Below, piece by piece: positions 52,269 to 64,000 of a DNA stretch of 64,000 bases. Source of the stretch: Bigelowiella natans CCMP2755 (lineage: Eukaryota > Protista > Cercozoa); NCBI GenBank assembly GCA_000320545.1, contig ADNK01000029.1, positions 1-64,000 of the forward strand, in the 5' to 3' direction. Under the pieces are notes generated by a model. It did not search any database and was not told the origin of the DNA. It saw only the letters and a program-made list of their open reading frames with translations. Made by a program: the position numbers and the translations under genes. The first letter of the stretch is position 1, and the number at the start of each line of letters is the position of its first letter.

Positions 52269-54764
52269 CTAATTTTTCCATCTGCTTTGATGAAAGAATA
52301 TAAAAGCCAGCGCTTGCCCGGACAACCCGCCCAGAACCACAGCAAATTGCAGCACTATCATTAGTAGCTTGGATATCAAGCCTGAACTTCTTTGAGCTCC
52401 CTCATTAAAAGTAAGGGGGGCTTGTTGGCCACTAAACTGGCGGTGTAGGGGGGGGGCGCTTCCTCCATCATGCAGCTCGTTATATGGATGTTGATGATAG
52501 GGGCTATCATTCTCTTGTAGGTACAGCAGGTGTTGTCGCTGTTTATGGAAACTACGTTGCTCAACGTCAGATGTAATCACCTTCTTCTTCGTCGATTCCG
52601 GAGGCAGTTCTGCCTGATCATTGTTACTTGTTGTCATGCATTTGGAGGGACTCTCGGAGTAGCATACTGGTGCAGGTGACGCTGAAGTCGAGGATGATGA
52701 TAAGGACGATGATGACCACACCCGCGTTGTTTCGTTGGACGAGCTAAAATTAATGCTGGAACGAGCGTGGGCAGAGTGAACGAAAGCCTGCGTGGTGCCG
52801 AGTAACAAGTCTTAATTCTTATTGGCAAGAACGGAATAAGTGTTAGCATTACAATCTTAAGCGCACATGTGTGCGTGTTTATGCGTTTATGTGTGCGTAG
52901 AAACCCAAGTCTGCAGTGCCCCGTGTGATACTTGAAGAGAGACGACCAACGCTATGGCGATGCAGTCGGATACGATGTATCTCTGGCTGATATACCCAAA
53001 AAAGAGAGGCACCTACACATACATAGATAAGGGTCGACAGCAAGCTGAGATTCGAATTGGTGAGGAGGAATACATGGCACCCGAGTAGTAAGATACAGTA
53101 CCATCGAGATCATTGTACATTGGCCAAAAAAATTCGTGTTGTTTCGTGTTTGGTGATAGTCGTCTGTGCTGTGCTCCAGGAACTAAAGCGGAGCTACTAC
53201 TACTACTACTACTACTACTACCAGAATTATGAGTCTAGCATTGCTCATAAACACAAGTGTATTGCCAGTAGGACAAGGAACAAAAGCCGGTATAATCCTA
53301 TCAACAAAGCAGTCGGGGCAGGAGGGTGGTAAGGAGAGTTAGCGTGCCAGTAATAAGTATGATAGGGGAGGACAAAATTTGAGACCTAAGATGTCTCCAC
53401 TCTCTCTCTCTCTCTCTCCCTCTCTCTCGCTCTGCGTAGATGTGTGCGTGCGTGTGTGTATCAGAAGCGGGTTGGTTGGTTCGACCTGCCGACAAGATCT
53501 GACATCTGGTTGACGTACACCAAAAGAACGATCAGCCCCGAATTTCTGTCTGGAAAGCCTGAAATGGCCGACGATGGGGTGAACGGGTAGAACCTGAAAA
53601 AGTGAGGGGCAGCTTTTGAAAAACCGCTTTTCATGCTCAAGGGACGTTCTAAGATATCCCCAGTAGGTCTAACATACATCTACACATGGCCAACACATGC
53701 TCGCACGCACGCGTGCAAGAAAGCAGAGGGGGAGGATGCATGATGCTGTGACGGCTTATTTGCGTGTCCATGAGGAAGCAAGATGCGGTGTAACAACCCT
53801 GTGGTCAATGCCGTGATTGACGTAGTGACGACGAGGGTCCAGGCAGCAACTCGCAGAGGGCTGCACGTTATCACACGGATAGCTTCCATTGGGCTTGGAG
53901 GAGGCGAAGATGGCGGATAGCCAGAAGTTGCTCCTTCTTCTTGTTCTCTTATTCCCCCCAATGCTGCTGTGGCTGTGGCAGCCTTGATAGCAATGCCTAC
54001 GAGTGAGCTTCTCGTCGTAGTTGTAGAACCCCTATGAGATGACGATGGCGCTACGTGTCTACGGTAGTAGTGAGAACCTACATCGGCATTGAATTAACAA
54101 TCAAACTATCAAAACCGCATCATAACGAAGGTTGGGTTTCGAAACAATTCCCTCTCCTCCTAGCTTCCTATTTTCACATCTTGTTTTTCTAATTTCCGTA
54201 TCACCTAAATCAAGGGCCAATATTCCTATGAAGCCAAGGACGCAGAAACATGTTGTCACCAGCGTGAAATTCCACGCGAAATAAGTGGGATATCTGCTAG
54301 TAAGTTCTGGTAAAAGAAAGCTATTTGAGGCAACAGGTAGAGCAGACGATGATGACAACGTTGCCCCTGCCATCACCGCGGATGCTTCAATTGAAGATCT
54401 TTCCCCTCCAGCTACTAATGCCGATGAAGCTGGTGCGTACTTAGCGAGGTTTCCCTTTCCGAGAACGCTTAAACTAGTATGACCCGTAATTAGGCCAAAG
54501 AGCTGCCAGAGACGATAGGTGATAGAGAGAGAATAATACCAGTCGTGAGGGGTGAGGGGCGTGTCCGAGAAAAGAAGTCAATTGGAAATTCATGAGAACA
54601 ATATGGATGAAATCGGATACAGGAGACAACGATGGTGCTAGATTTGTTGCAGCGGTGGAATTAAGGATATGTCTATCTAATGTTAAGATGCCCACCCCTG
54701 TCAGAACTCCTCCAGCTTGTAAACCAATAGATAAGTACTGTATTGACTAAGATGCACCACACAT

Positions 54765-54803
<39 letters not shown>

Positions 54804-55866
54804 TTTCAGTGCATATGGATTAGGCCACACAAGAGCAATTATTCTGAGTATTATACATCGCATCCCCCTCCGAACACCATTGCATTTGACAATCGTATGG
54901 GCAAGCACACACCTTCGTTGAAGTCGGCATCTGCAAGCAAACCTCGTACGCAGTTCCAACACACGCGGCATTCGCAAAGCCCAGAACGCAGAAGATGAGC
55001 ACAAGAGAAACCTATTCATTTGTAAGATTGAAATGAAGATGATAATGAGGGTGATGATGATGATGCAGACGTTGCAAATCATAAATTATGTGATGTGGAA
55101 GTTACCGTGCTCCGAGCATTGGGGAGTATCGTGGGTAGGAAGGTCACATTCAAACAGATAGTCAACTGGATGAAAACACACAATCCAAAGTTGTCATCAT
55201 GGGCATTCTATGATGGAGGAAAGTAGTTTTTCACCATAAATCTACACAGCATCGCTCCTCGCCGACCGTAGGCCTGAAAATTTTAAGAGGTAGTATTACT
55301 AAGTACTCATTTAAGTTATCATCAGCTCAACATAGTCGCAATAGAACCCTATCAAACTTGTGGTCAAGGTAAAGTTGTCCAATAAGAGTGAGCAAGCCCA
55401 CAGGATAGAAAGTCACCAGCAGCATCTGAATACAATGATTAATTGCAAAATACTCAGCAAGTTGCTCAATGCCGCCGGTAAATTTCGCTGCTAGTTTTCA
55501 CCAGAACAACTCCATTCCCTTGACAGGCTTTTAGCCATCCTAGACAGTAAAGGATGTAATATACCTGAAGGTGCAAATAAATTAGCAATCACGCCCATAA
55601 ATCAGGAAAACAGCCAACTGTGAGATGATGCGGCCCACCGGAGCGGTAGCTGCAGCGCCTATACAACACACACAGAGGCGTTCGAGCCACGGCCTACTCT
55701 CCAAGAATCCTGAAAAGAACTTCTGATCTTTCTCAGCTTCCAGAAGAGGAACACTTGGACCAGCGATGCAGTCGACATTCCTTCTATTTGACCGTAGGCT
55801 TCCGACGAGCTCTTTTTCGCTATTATTCATTTCTGAGGATCTGGACGCATTGCATTTGCATTCCAT
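52269..55866 (-). CDS. Equilibrative nucleoside transporter-like (SLC29/ENT) multi-pass membrane protein
   Basis: Hydrophobic exons include LVTFYPVGLL, LIFCVLGFANAACVGTAY, IGLQAGGVL, NFTLVTTCFCVLGFIGIL, AWTLVVTTSITAL, LLVYVNQMSDLVGR (ENT NxxDLxGR motif), LVVSLQVSHG and terminal LLMIVLQFAVVLGGLSG. The family assignment rests mainly on one motif plus topology. Confidence 0.62.
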
Positions 55867-56253
55867 AGACTTGCCTTTATTTATGAACGTAGATTCGCTG
55901 GAAGAAGCCCGTTCTGCGGCTCAGACCGCCTTGGAAAGTCGTTAATAAAGGGGTGGGGAAATCGTTTACGTGGCGTAGGGGGAGGAAGTACGAGAAGTGT
56001 GCACCACAAGAAGTAGCTTCAGCATCGCGCCCATTCGTAACATGCGACAATGATCCGCCCAGTATATTTGATGTCGTTCTGGAAAATACACAAAAGTTTT
56101 GGGTGAAAAAAGTGTTGCAAAAACGTCTGAGGATAGTGTGCTACGACAACATATCTGGCCGCTGAAGTGCTGCCGTACTCTCAACCACGCTAACGCGCCG
56201 GAAGTCAGGAGGGCCGGACGAGGGGGCCGGAGGAGGAGGAGGATTGCCGATCG

Positions 56254-56642
56254 ATGGCAACCACCTTAAACGTGTTGGCATTTTGGTCGATGCTCAGTTT
56301 CGTGATACAAATAGCACCGAATATCGAAGATCCCCCTTTCTCCCTCCTCGCTCAAGGTGTCGGCCTAGCTAGTAGCCATTTAGAACAGGGTCAAAAAATA
56401 TATATTCATCATGTAACATACCTCAGGCAGCAGGAGCGACAGCGGCACTTGGATACATAGTACTAGTAGTACTTCCAGACAAAGACAAAGATGCAGACTC
56501 GATCCTGGCAAAAAGTTGAAGCGTGCTCAACGGCGCTATGTTATCGACGACGATGAGGGCACGGGGAGGAGACGCGACCAGGAAAATCGATATCGCGTTT
56601 TACGTATGTGTATTGTATGCATGGAAACAAATGCAAACTTGT

Positions 56643-56685
<43 letters not shown>

Positions 56686-59600
56686 ACACACACACACACT
56701 GTTTAATCTCTCATCCCTCTCTCTTTCTCTCAGTGTGTTTTCAATTTGTCGCATATCCTGATTAAAGACCAACACTCAGGGGGAGGTGAACGACTTGAAA
56801 GACTCGCTCCGTCGTCAAATAATGATTATGAGTATCGTAGTCATCATGGAACGCATAGGTCAGGGCAAAAACGGTCTCGACGGCGACAGCGATCATTGTC
56901 ACGACGTAGCAGAGGCCGCAACAATAACATCCCGAGCAAACGCCGATACTCCAACGACCGTTACAAAGGTTAATGGATTCTCTAACCACAACCCTAATAG
57001 TATTACCAAGACTGCAATAGCGACGACAACACTAATTATGACGAACACAACGATGATGCTGGAATACGTACTACACAGGAGCCTCATCACAACGACAGTC
57101 ATCTCCAAGGAGGGGAAGGAGCGATGTACTTACAGAGAAACCAAAACACCGGCAACAAGAAATGCGTATGAGAGGCAAGGCGAACATCAATGCCGATGGC
57201 GATGACAACGACGACGAATTTTCTGATTCTTCGAGCAGCGTAGACAACGACGGTCGTCGTTACTTCGTGATTCCGCCACCCGCAGAACTAAACGATGAAT
57301 TTGCAAAGGTGGAAGAAAAATCAACCAGAAAACTAGGCACAGCATGATTGTTGCATACAATTTGATTATAACAGACCCAGAAATATACCATTTTTTTGTT
57401 GTTCAATCTTTTGACAGAATTTCTCTTTTAGTACTTACGTCGCCTCATTGCGTATAAGAGCTTCGATGATCATGGTTTCTCTACTTTCCCCTCGCATTTC
57501 TGTACCTTTACAGGTAGCTGCTGGCAATGGCGAAAGCTCCGACGAATTGATCCGAGACGGGGCTGATGACATGCCGGATTACTTGCCCTCAAGAACATTC
57601 GCTGAGGAGTATTTACCTGGGTTGCTTTACTAACCGTGGAACTACTGTAGTGACATTGCTGAGTAGGAATGTTTAGTCCCCCGGCGGGTTATCGTAGTAT
57701 CTAGAAAAAAAAACAGACAGAAGCAGGAGTAACAGAAATAGTAGCAAAGATTGTTGTGGTGGCACATGGACAAATGACTGCGTGCTCATCAACATATGTA
57801 GTAAGCGGAGGGTGATGATCTGGGACCTCGATACGCTAACGGCTATGGACGCCCTTTCGGACAAGAAAAGAACACGAGCCCAGCGCTTGATCCATGAGGT
57901 TGCGAGACGGTTTATGCACGCAAAGGTAGGAGAAATTCGTGGAGAGATTACTCTTGTTGTTTCCTACATGCCCTCTTCCGTCGTCAACCCTCCTCCACTT
58001 AACGATTTGCGTTACATGATAGAAATTAGGTGATACATGTGCTGTAATGTACATTTATGGCAGTTCTGTGGAAACATATGTAAATAAATGCCCACTTAGA
58101 GTATATAGTAACGCGTCGTGCATACATTATTCTGTGTTGTCGTGGTTGGATGGTGTGTGTGTTTTCAGGAGGTAAATAGGACCGCTGTGGGCCGATTTGG
58201 AGACGTCCTCTCCCCCGAGGATAGGTAGCAGCAAGAAAGAGAATGATAATTGGTGGGAGGGGGATAAAATTCACGAACCTTGGACAGAGAGCCTCAAAAG
58301 AACCGCATAGAAACAGCAATTATTAGCTTTCGAAAATTGCGCTACGATGTCGTACCACAGCTTTCTACTGCGCCGACAATGGATTGTTCCGATGATCATT
58401 CGCAATGGTTTGATCGTCATCGTCACCGTTATGTGAGATCTGTAGCGAGGTTTAGCGTGTAAGTAACGCTACATGAATTATTTCGATAAAGTCTAATTGC
58501 CTGAATTCTTACTCAGTCAGCGCAATTTGGGCCCTGTGTATCGGCATTTCTCCCAGCGTTTCCGGCCTATCCGTGACTTTTATGCGAATCCAAAGATACC
58601 GCCAGCCCTGGAAGAGGAGGTAGTTAGGCTGAATAAAACAACGACGACAACAACAACAACAACAACACTCTCATATATGATTTCCAACGCCAACAACGGG
58701 TGCAGACGATAAAACTGCGATAAGCCGCATGACAGCATTGTACTAATTTAAACTTGTTTGTGCGTGAATACGGCATCACATATAGATTTGCGAGATGTGG
58801 GAAGACATCGACAGGTGGAAGGCCTTTGTAGTGGTAGCTGGTTGTACTGCGGAAGGGACGGCTCTATTGCATAACTGTCTTTATGTGTACCGCATCCTTA
58901 GTAGCTAGCCGACACGCCACATGCATGCATTTTTGTGGATGTTTGCTTAGTATTCGAATTTAGAAGCATGAAACAAATGCAAGCTTCGTTGAAGAAGACT
59001 TCGCAAAATAGTGTTATAAATAATCACCATCATCATCGTCGCTGTCGTGAATCTGGCATCCCATCCTAGGTCAACTGGTGGCTGGCTCACCAGCACTCAA
59101 GAAGTTCTCGTGGAAGTTGGAGGGACTCAAGGGAGAGGAGGAGGAGGAGGAGGAGGAGGAGGAGGAGGAGCGACATCAAGAGGATGGGACGGACTAGAAG
59201 GAACCAACAAAAGATGGAACAATTCTGTAGGAGTTGACCTGATATATCTAGAATAATGACGCATTGTTGCCACCAGTACCCTCCTCCTCCTTCTCTCATT
59301 CCATATTTGCTTAATTCTAGATTATCCCGTTTGTGGTGAGCCGCGACTGCCACCTGGTAAGCAGCATTCAGAGCATGCTCCACTGCTCTATACAACACCA
59401 GCACAAGCATCTGCTCTGGGCCTCCCCATCCAAATTATTATAAGGCTTCTTTTATTGTTATACAAAGGTCGAGCACCTCGCCACGCTTGTGGTCTTTAAC
59501 CTGAATTGTTACTTCCCACTCGATAGAGTATATGCCGCGGACGAAACCATGCACACTATGGTACGTGTGTGAAGTTTTGGTGTTTATTTATGTCTTTGTG

Positions 59601-60006
59601 CGCGCAAGTGAATGGGTATTGTTGAGGAATCTCACTGCAGAAAAAGCTCAACAGAGTGTAGAAATCCTGAGAGATTATCAGCTCGATAACTTGAGGAAGA
59701 TTTCATCAAACGCTCATTGTGGAACCCTCCGTGCATGCATGCTTACAGCCGACGACAATATGGAATATGAAGCGCAGATTCGACCGAGAGGTATTGATAG
59801 CATCCCTCAGAAATTAACGGAGAAAGCATCGTATGTAATTTCACATCTGTTCGTGTGTCATAATTATCCATTTTATACCGCGCAAAACAGAGCGCTACAT
59901 ATACTCTAATGGGCAATTCGTCGAAATGGAAGGAATTGGCTCAAAAAGAGGGATGCAGATATCAAGCTTTGAGCCATCTCAAGGTTATTACGTGTCAATG
60001 CTATGA
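56254..60006 (+). CDS. Hypothetical multi-exon protein of unknown function
   Basis: GT-AG-bounded open exons include YFVIPPPAELNDEFAK|VAAGNG..RTFAEEYLP, IWDLDTLTAMDALSDKKRTRAQRLIHEVARRFMHAK, RNLGPVYRHFSQRFRPIRDFYANPKIPPALEEE, IIPFVVSRDCHL|VEHLATLVVF and a final ERYIYSNG...YVSML*. Confidence 0.6.
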
Positions 60007-61042
60007 CAAAGGCGCGAGCTTATTATTCCGATTTATATTTTCCCTCGAAATCTCTCAAAAAAAATGAAGAATCTATGCATGTGTGTGGGAAAAAGGTGGG
60101 TCATTTGTTTTTGCGTGCTGATGGATTTTGTTTCCAACGTTGGACTTAGGATGTTCGGCGATTTCTGTCCGAACTACAAAGGAAGTAGAATTTTCAACAC
60201 ACAACGCGTAGTGTCTAGATTTGCGGTCTTTTATAGGATTCATCACGTCATGATCATGAGCGCCATCCGTCATCCGTCATCACCATGCATGCTTATGCAT
60301 GATGCATGAGCATGGCATGAATTGGGGTTGTTCCGTTTATTTGGGTTTGCCATGAGCTAGTGAGGATGCTCATAGCGTGGCAGCCAGCAGAGTGAGCGAG
60401 AAAATCATACAAAGATGATCGTGCGTGCACCATGCATTTCTTTGGAGCTCCAGACAACATGCGACACGTGCTTTGCTAGCGCAAGCGGCACACTGCGTGT
60501 CACGTGCATGTGCAAGTGGCAAACAACATGGATCGATCGACCGCCTGCGCAAGCGAGCCAATGCGATGCATCAATCGCTCGATCATTTTTGTGCGAGGCC
60601 GCTAGGTGGATGATGAAGGGACATCATCGGAACGTCATCACAACCACACCCATCAATGAATGAACGAACGGATGAATGAATGAAGCAGTTGCTCAGGAGC
60701 AATTGAGAGGATCATGAGCCACAATAATTCATCCGTGACCCAATCAACGAGACCTTCAGGGATGAAGCGGTTGAAGCGACCACGAGCGATGAGAGGAGCC
60801 CGAGAGCCAACACTGCATGGCCGCAGCAAAATGTGCGACATCCAATATATCTTGTCGCATATGCTCAAAGCGACCCCTCCGGCACAGCCGTCCACGTGTC
60901 CCCAAATCATAATTACATTCTGCGTCTTGATGACTTTAATGTCGCACAATCAAAATCGCACAGAATACTGAATCCTGTGCCGTTGTACATCTCCCTACCC
61001 TCAATTAATTTCCCCCGCTGCGGAGGAGTTCGCTGTCTGCAG

Positions 61043-61815
61043 ATGCTGCGCATGGCGATGCGCTGGGTTCGTGGTGATTCAGCCCGGCGTATGACCTCTC
61101 TACCTTCCCCTTTCGTATCACGCACCGTGCATAGTTGCATACCCGCAAGAGGACTCGAGGAATTCTTCAATACGGGATCTACAGCAGCGGGTTTGTTGAT
61201 TGGACAGTTCAGTATGTTTTGACTTTCTCGTTTCAATTTATTGCCGACAGACTCTAATGAAAAAAACTACTATACTTGATTTAAAGGTGATTCATGGACA
61301 CCCGATCTTCTTCGGAAGAAGTCAGTCGAAGACTTGCATAAGTTGTGGTTCGTGCTTCTGAAAGGTTGGTTAACATTACTATCGCAACTACAACAGAACT
61401 TATGCGGCTTCCATAATTTAGAGAGGAACATGCTTCATACGAGAAAACATGATTGTTCGAAGAGAAAGGTTCCAATGGATGGGGAAGATAGGATTAAGAA
61501 GGTAATCATCAATTTAAAGTTTTAGTTAGCATATCATTCACACCTTGTATTTCACAGGTGCAAAAATCGATGCGCTACATAAAAAAAGTTTTAGGTGAAC
61601 GGGAACGTGTGGCTAAAGAAATGGGTATGCTCCATACTCATCGTTTTCTGTTGAATTATTCTAATAAATGGATATTTTCAGTCGTTGATGACCTCGTAAA
61701 AGAACACAATTTGAAGACGCGTGCTGAAGCGGAAGAGATGCTTGCGATGAAGAAAGCGAAGAAATATCCGCATCCATATCCGAGTATACCAGAAACTTCA
61801 AAATATATTCATTAA
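61043..61815 (+). CDS. MRPL47: Mitochondrial ribosomal protein L47 (uL29m)
   Basis: A presequence MLRMAMRWVRG is followed by RGLEEFF, GDSWTPDLLRKKSVEDLHKLWFVLLK|ERNMLHT and DRIKK|VQKSMRYIKKVLGER, with TAA at 61813-61815. Confidence 0.93.
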
Positions 61816-62618
61816 CATAGCTGGTTTTCATTCTTATTTATCAAGATTGGAACTATGGTTACTTGAAAAAGCGCCGCTGCTTTACTGTACATGTACGCTA
61901 CTTCTAATGGCTTAAATATATAGACATGGTACATGCGCGCGCTACGTATCTACATGATGCTAGGACAGCAACTCTTATATGTGCACATGTTCTAAAAGAC
62001 ACAACATGAGCGCTGTAGCCGCTGCTTTGCATAGCCACATGAGGATGACCATTAAAAATATTTAATCACATCATTACATCCGTCTGACATGACATGTTCA
62101 AAAAACATTGCGGTGAACACATGATGCTGCATCTAGGCCTTGTTGTAAGACGGAAGTAATGATCAATTAAATTTGTTCAATGGTCATCCTTATGTAGCTA
62201 TGCCTTCTTGTTATTGTAGCGTACGTAATTGACTATTTATATTACATATGTGTGTGTGTGTGTGTGTGTGTGTGTACAATATGCGTGTGTAATGTATGGG
62301 AGAAGTAATGTAGCGTCATAGCACATGCTTGCTACAGCAGACACAACGTAATATGAGACGAAGCGTAATGAAATGATTACATCTTAAATGACATGCTAAC
62401 TTAATACATATGATATTACTGTGTCGATAGACACAATATTATACGATACACATATAATGCTACTGTGTCTGTAGTTACTGTGGGTAGTGTACTAGTACAT
62501 TCCAGCTTCGTTGTAGTAACGCTTGACATCGTAATGCACAACATGGCTGTTACAAAAGGATTGTATTAAATATAGCTTTTGAGGATTGGCTGCTCCTGAT
62601 ATAAATTTAAAACACACT

Positions 62619-63676
62619 TCAGGAAATATCTCCAGAAGTACGAATAGAAGGCAACCGTTGAAATTTCACGTTCATCATTCCCCCTTCCTCCGGGTTACTT
62701 GCATTCATGCCATCTGCGATTACCACTGCAGACTTTTTTCCTTCCTCTGATCTAAATTTTCTAACTTTTCTCAGATTCTCCATTCTCATTTTTCTAAGCT
62801 CTGATTTAGAGAGGTTGGATTCTGAGCTGGTTGACGGAGTATCTCCAGGTGCGAAGACTGAAGGCAAGCGTTGAAATTTTATGTTCATCATTCCCCCTTC
62901 CTGCGGGCTGCTTGAATCTAAATTTTCTGTTACAACCGACTTCAATTCTTTCGGTTTGGATTCCTTCACACTCCTCAAATTTTCCATTCTTATCTTCCTG
63001 ATTTCTGCCGCAGCAGCTTTTCTGATTTCATTTTCTACTGCATTCTCGAAGATTTCTCGTGCGTCTCTTTCGACAAAGTACGCTTTCACCTCGTCTTGAA
63101 TGGCCTCCTCAACTATGTCCTCAATCGAAGGTAAAATATGTTGATGAATTAATCCCTCAATTATTTTCTCCAACAATCCCAACTTTCTTTCGCTTCCTTG
63201 CCGATGTTTAGAAATTCGCAAGTAGTGCGAAACCATACTATCGACAACCTCTGTAGCGATTTCTTTACAAAAACCAGGAAGGTTCTCAAAGAGCAAACAT
63301 TCGTAGATGTGATATACAGCTCTCGCGCGTGGAGAATTAGGAGCCAGAGGAGCGTAAGGGCCCAATATAACTTCCTGAATCAGGACGGGGATCATCTCGG
63401 AACGCAGAAAGTCATCGATGAGAAGATCGACCTGGGTATAATAAAGGACGTTGTAACTAAGATGTAGAATGGAGGCCTAATCATTACTTTAAATGAATTT
63501 ACATAATAAATATTTCAATATCTCACCGCTTGACGAACAACTCTGATCTCGAGCTTAAGATAATCTCCCTTCTTTTGTTGTTTACGCCGCCACCATCGTT
63601 GAATGATGATCGCACTTCGATTTACGTGTTGCCAGGAGGAGGACCCATCTTTGTTTGACGATTTTGCTTCTAACAT
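62619..63676 (-). CDS. IQ-motif protein with a C-terminal internal duplication; may extend 5' beyond 63676
   Basis: The exon ...SAIIIQRWWRRKQQK...VVRQA (IQ-like) splices in phase to ASILHLS...DLLIDDFLRSEMIPVL, the 258-aa ORF. That ORF has two copies of E(I/L)RKxRMENLR...EGGMMNxKFQRLPS. Confidence 0.7.
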
Positions 63677-64000
63677 TCGCGGTCGTATTCAAGAAACTAG
63701 AATTTATGATACTGAGGAGCTCGAAGATGGCGAAGACGATGCGTAAACCGATTCGTTGAATAACAAAAGATGGGGAAAGTCTTTGTGTACCAGAATCTTT
63801 GATCTGCGTGAAGGATTTATTTGGAGCACGATAATTATAATGAGGCCTCTAAAGCTTTTTCCTACGGGTAATCTGTGTTGCACTGCTATTCCTATGCCTA
63901 TAAGAAAGAATGCAAATATCATACGGTGATTATTTTAATTGTCTACCGAATAACTCATCAAGACTACATTTTCAAACTCCACCCCCTTCTCTTCTACCCC

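Noticed and set aside
57590-57925. RGS-domain-like pattern in the hypothetical gene
   Set aside because: The resemblance is too weak and the ENxxFW motif is absent.
1-64000. Many ORF-track proteins with poly-L/V/S/E, CVCVCV, ERERER, THTHTH or IYIYIY runs
   Set aside because: They are translations of intronic microsatellites. The real exons are short and lie between them.
1-64000. tRNA, rRNA, telomeric arrays or an intact transposase/RT
   Set aside because: None was recognisable by eye. tRNAscan-SE, Infernal and a repeat library search would be needed to exclude them formally.

Overview
Gene-dense, intron-rich eukaryotic nuclear DNA with GT-AG introns, many short exons, and (GA)n/(CA)n/(TA)n/trinucleotide microsatellites inside introns. 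Most entries in the six-frame ORF track are microsatellite artefacts, so I assembled genes by hand from exons. A probable signal-plus-transit-peptide protein suggests an alga with a secondary plastid, possibly a chlorarachniophyte; this is inference only. Gene order: MFS sugar porter (-, runs off the left edge), RlmN radical-SAM RNA methyltransferase (+), putative plastid protein with an NPHGEHAEDCW motif (-), a 13-kb LRR-ectodomain gene with about 10 TM helices (+), a myristoylated EF-hand region followed by a degenerate serpin domain (-), agmatinase (+), Rab escort protein (-), a decayed partial gene duplicate (+), ATG10 (-), an intronless EF-hand protein (+), a putative 2OG-Fe(II) oxygenase-like protein (-), an ENT-like transporter (-), a hypothetical gene (+), MRPL47 (+) and an IQ-motif protein (-). 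The best candidates for new biology are (1) a kinase-less LRR receptor whose membrane part resembles the TMC/OSCA/TMEM16 channel superfamily, (2) its tail-to-tail neighbour, an apparent EF-hand-serpin fusion, and (3) a pseudogene that records CpG deamination and CTAG-rich micro-insertions shared with a distant intergenic region. Exon boundaries are manual and no database search was run.
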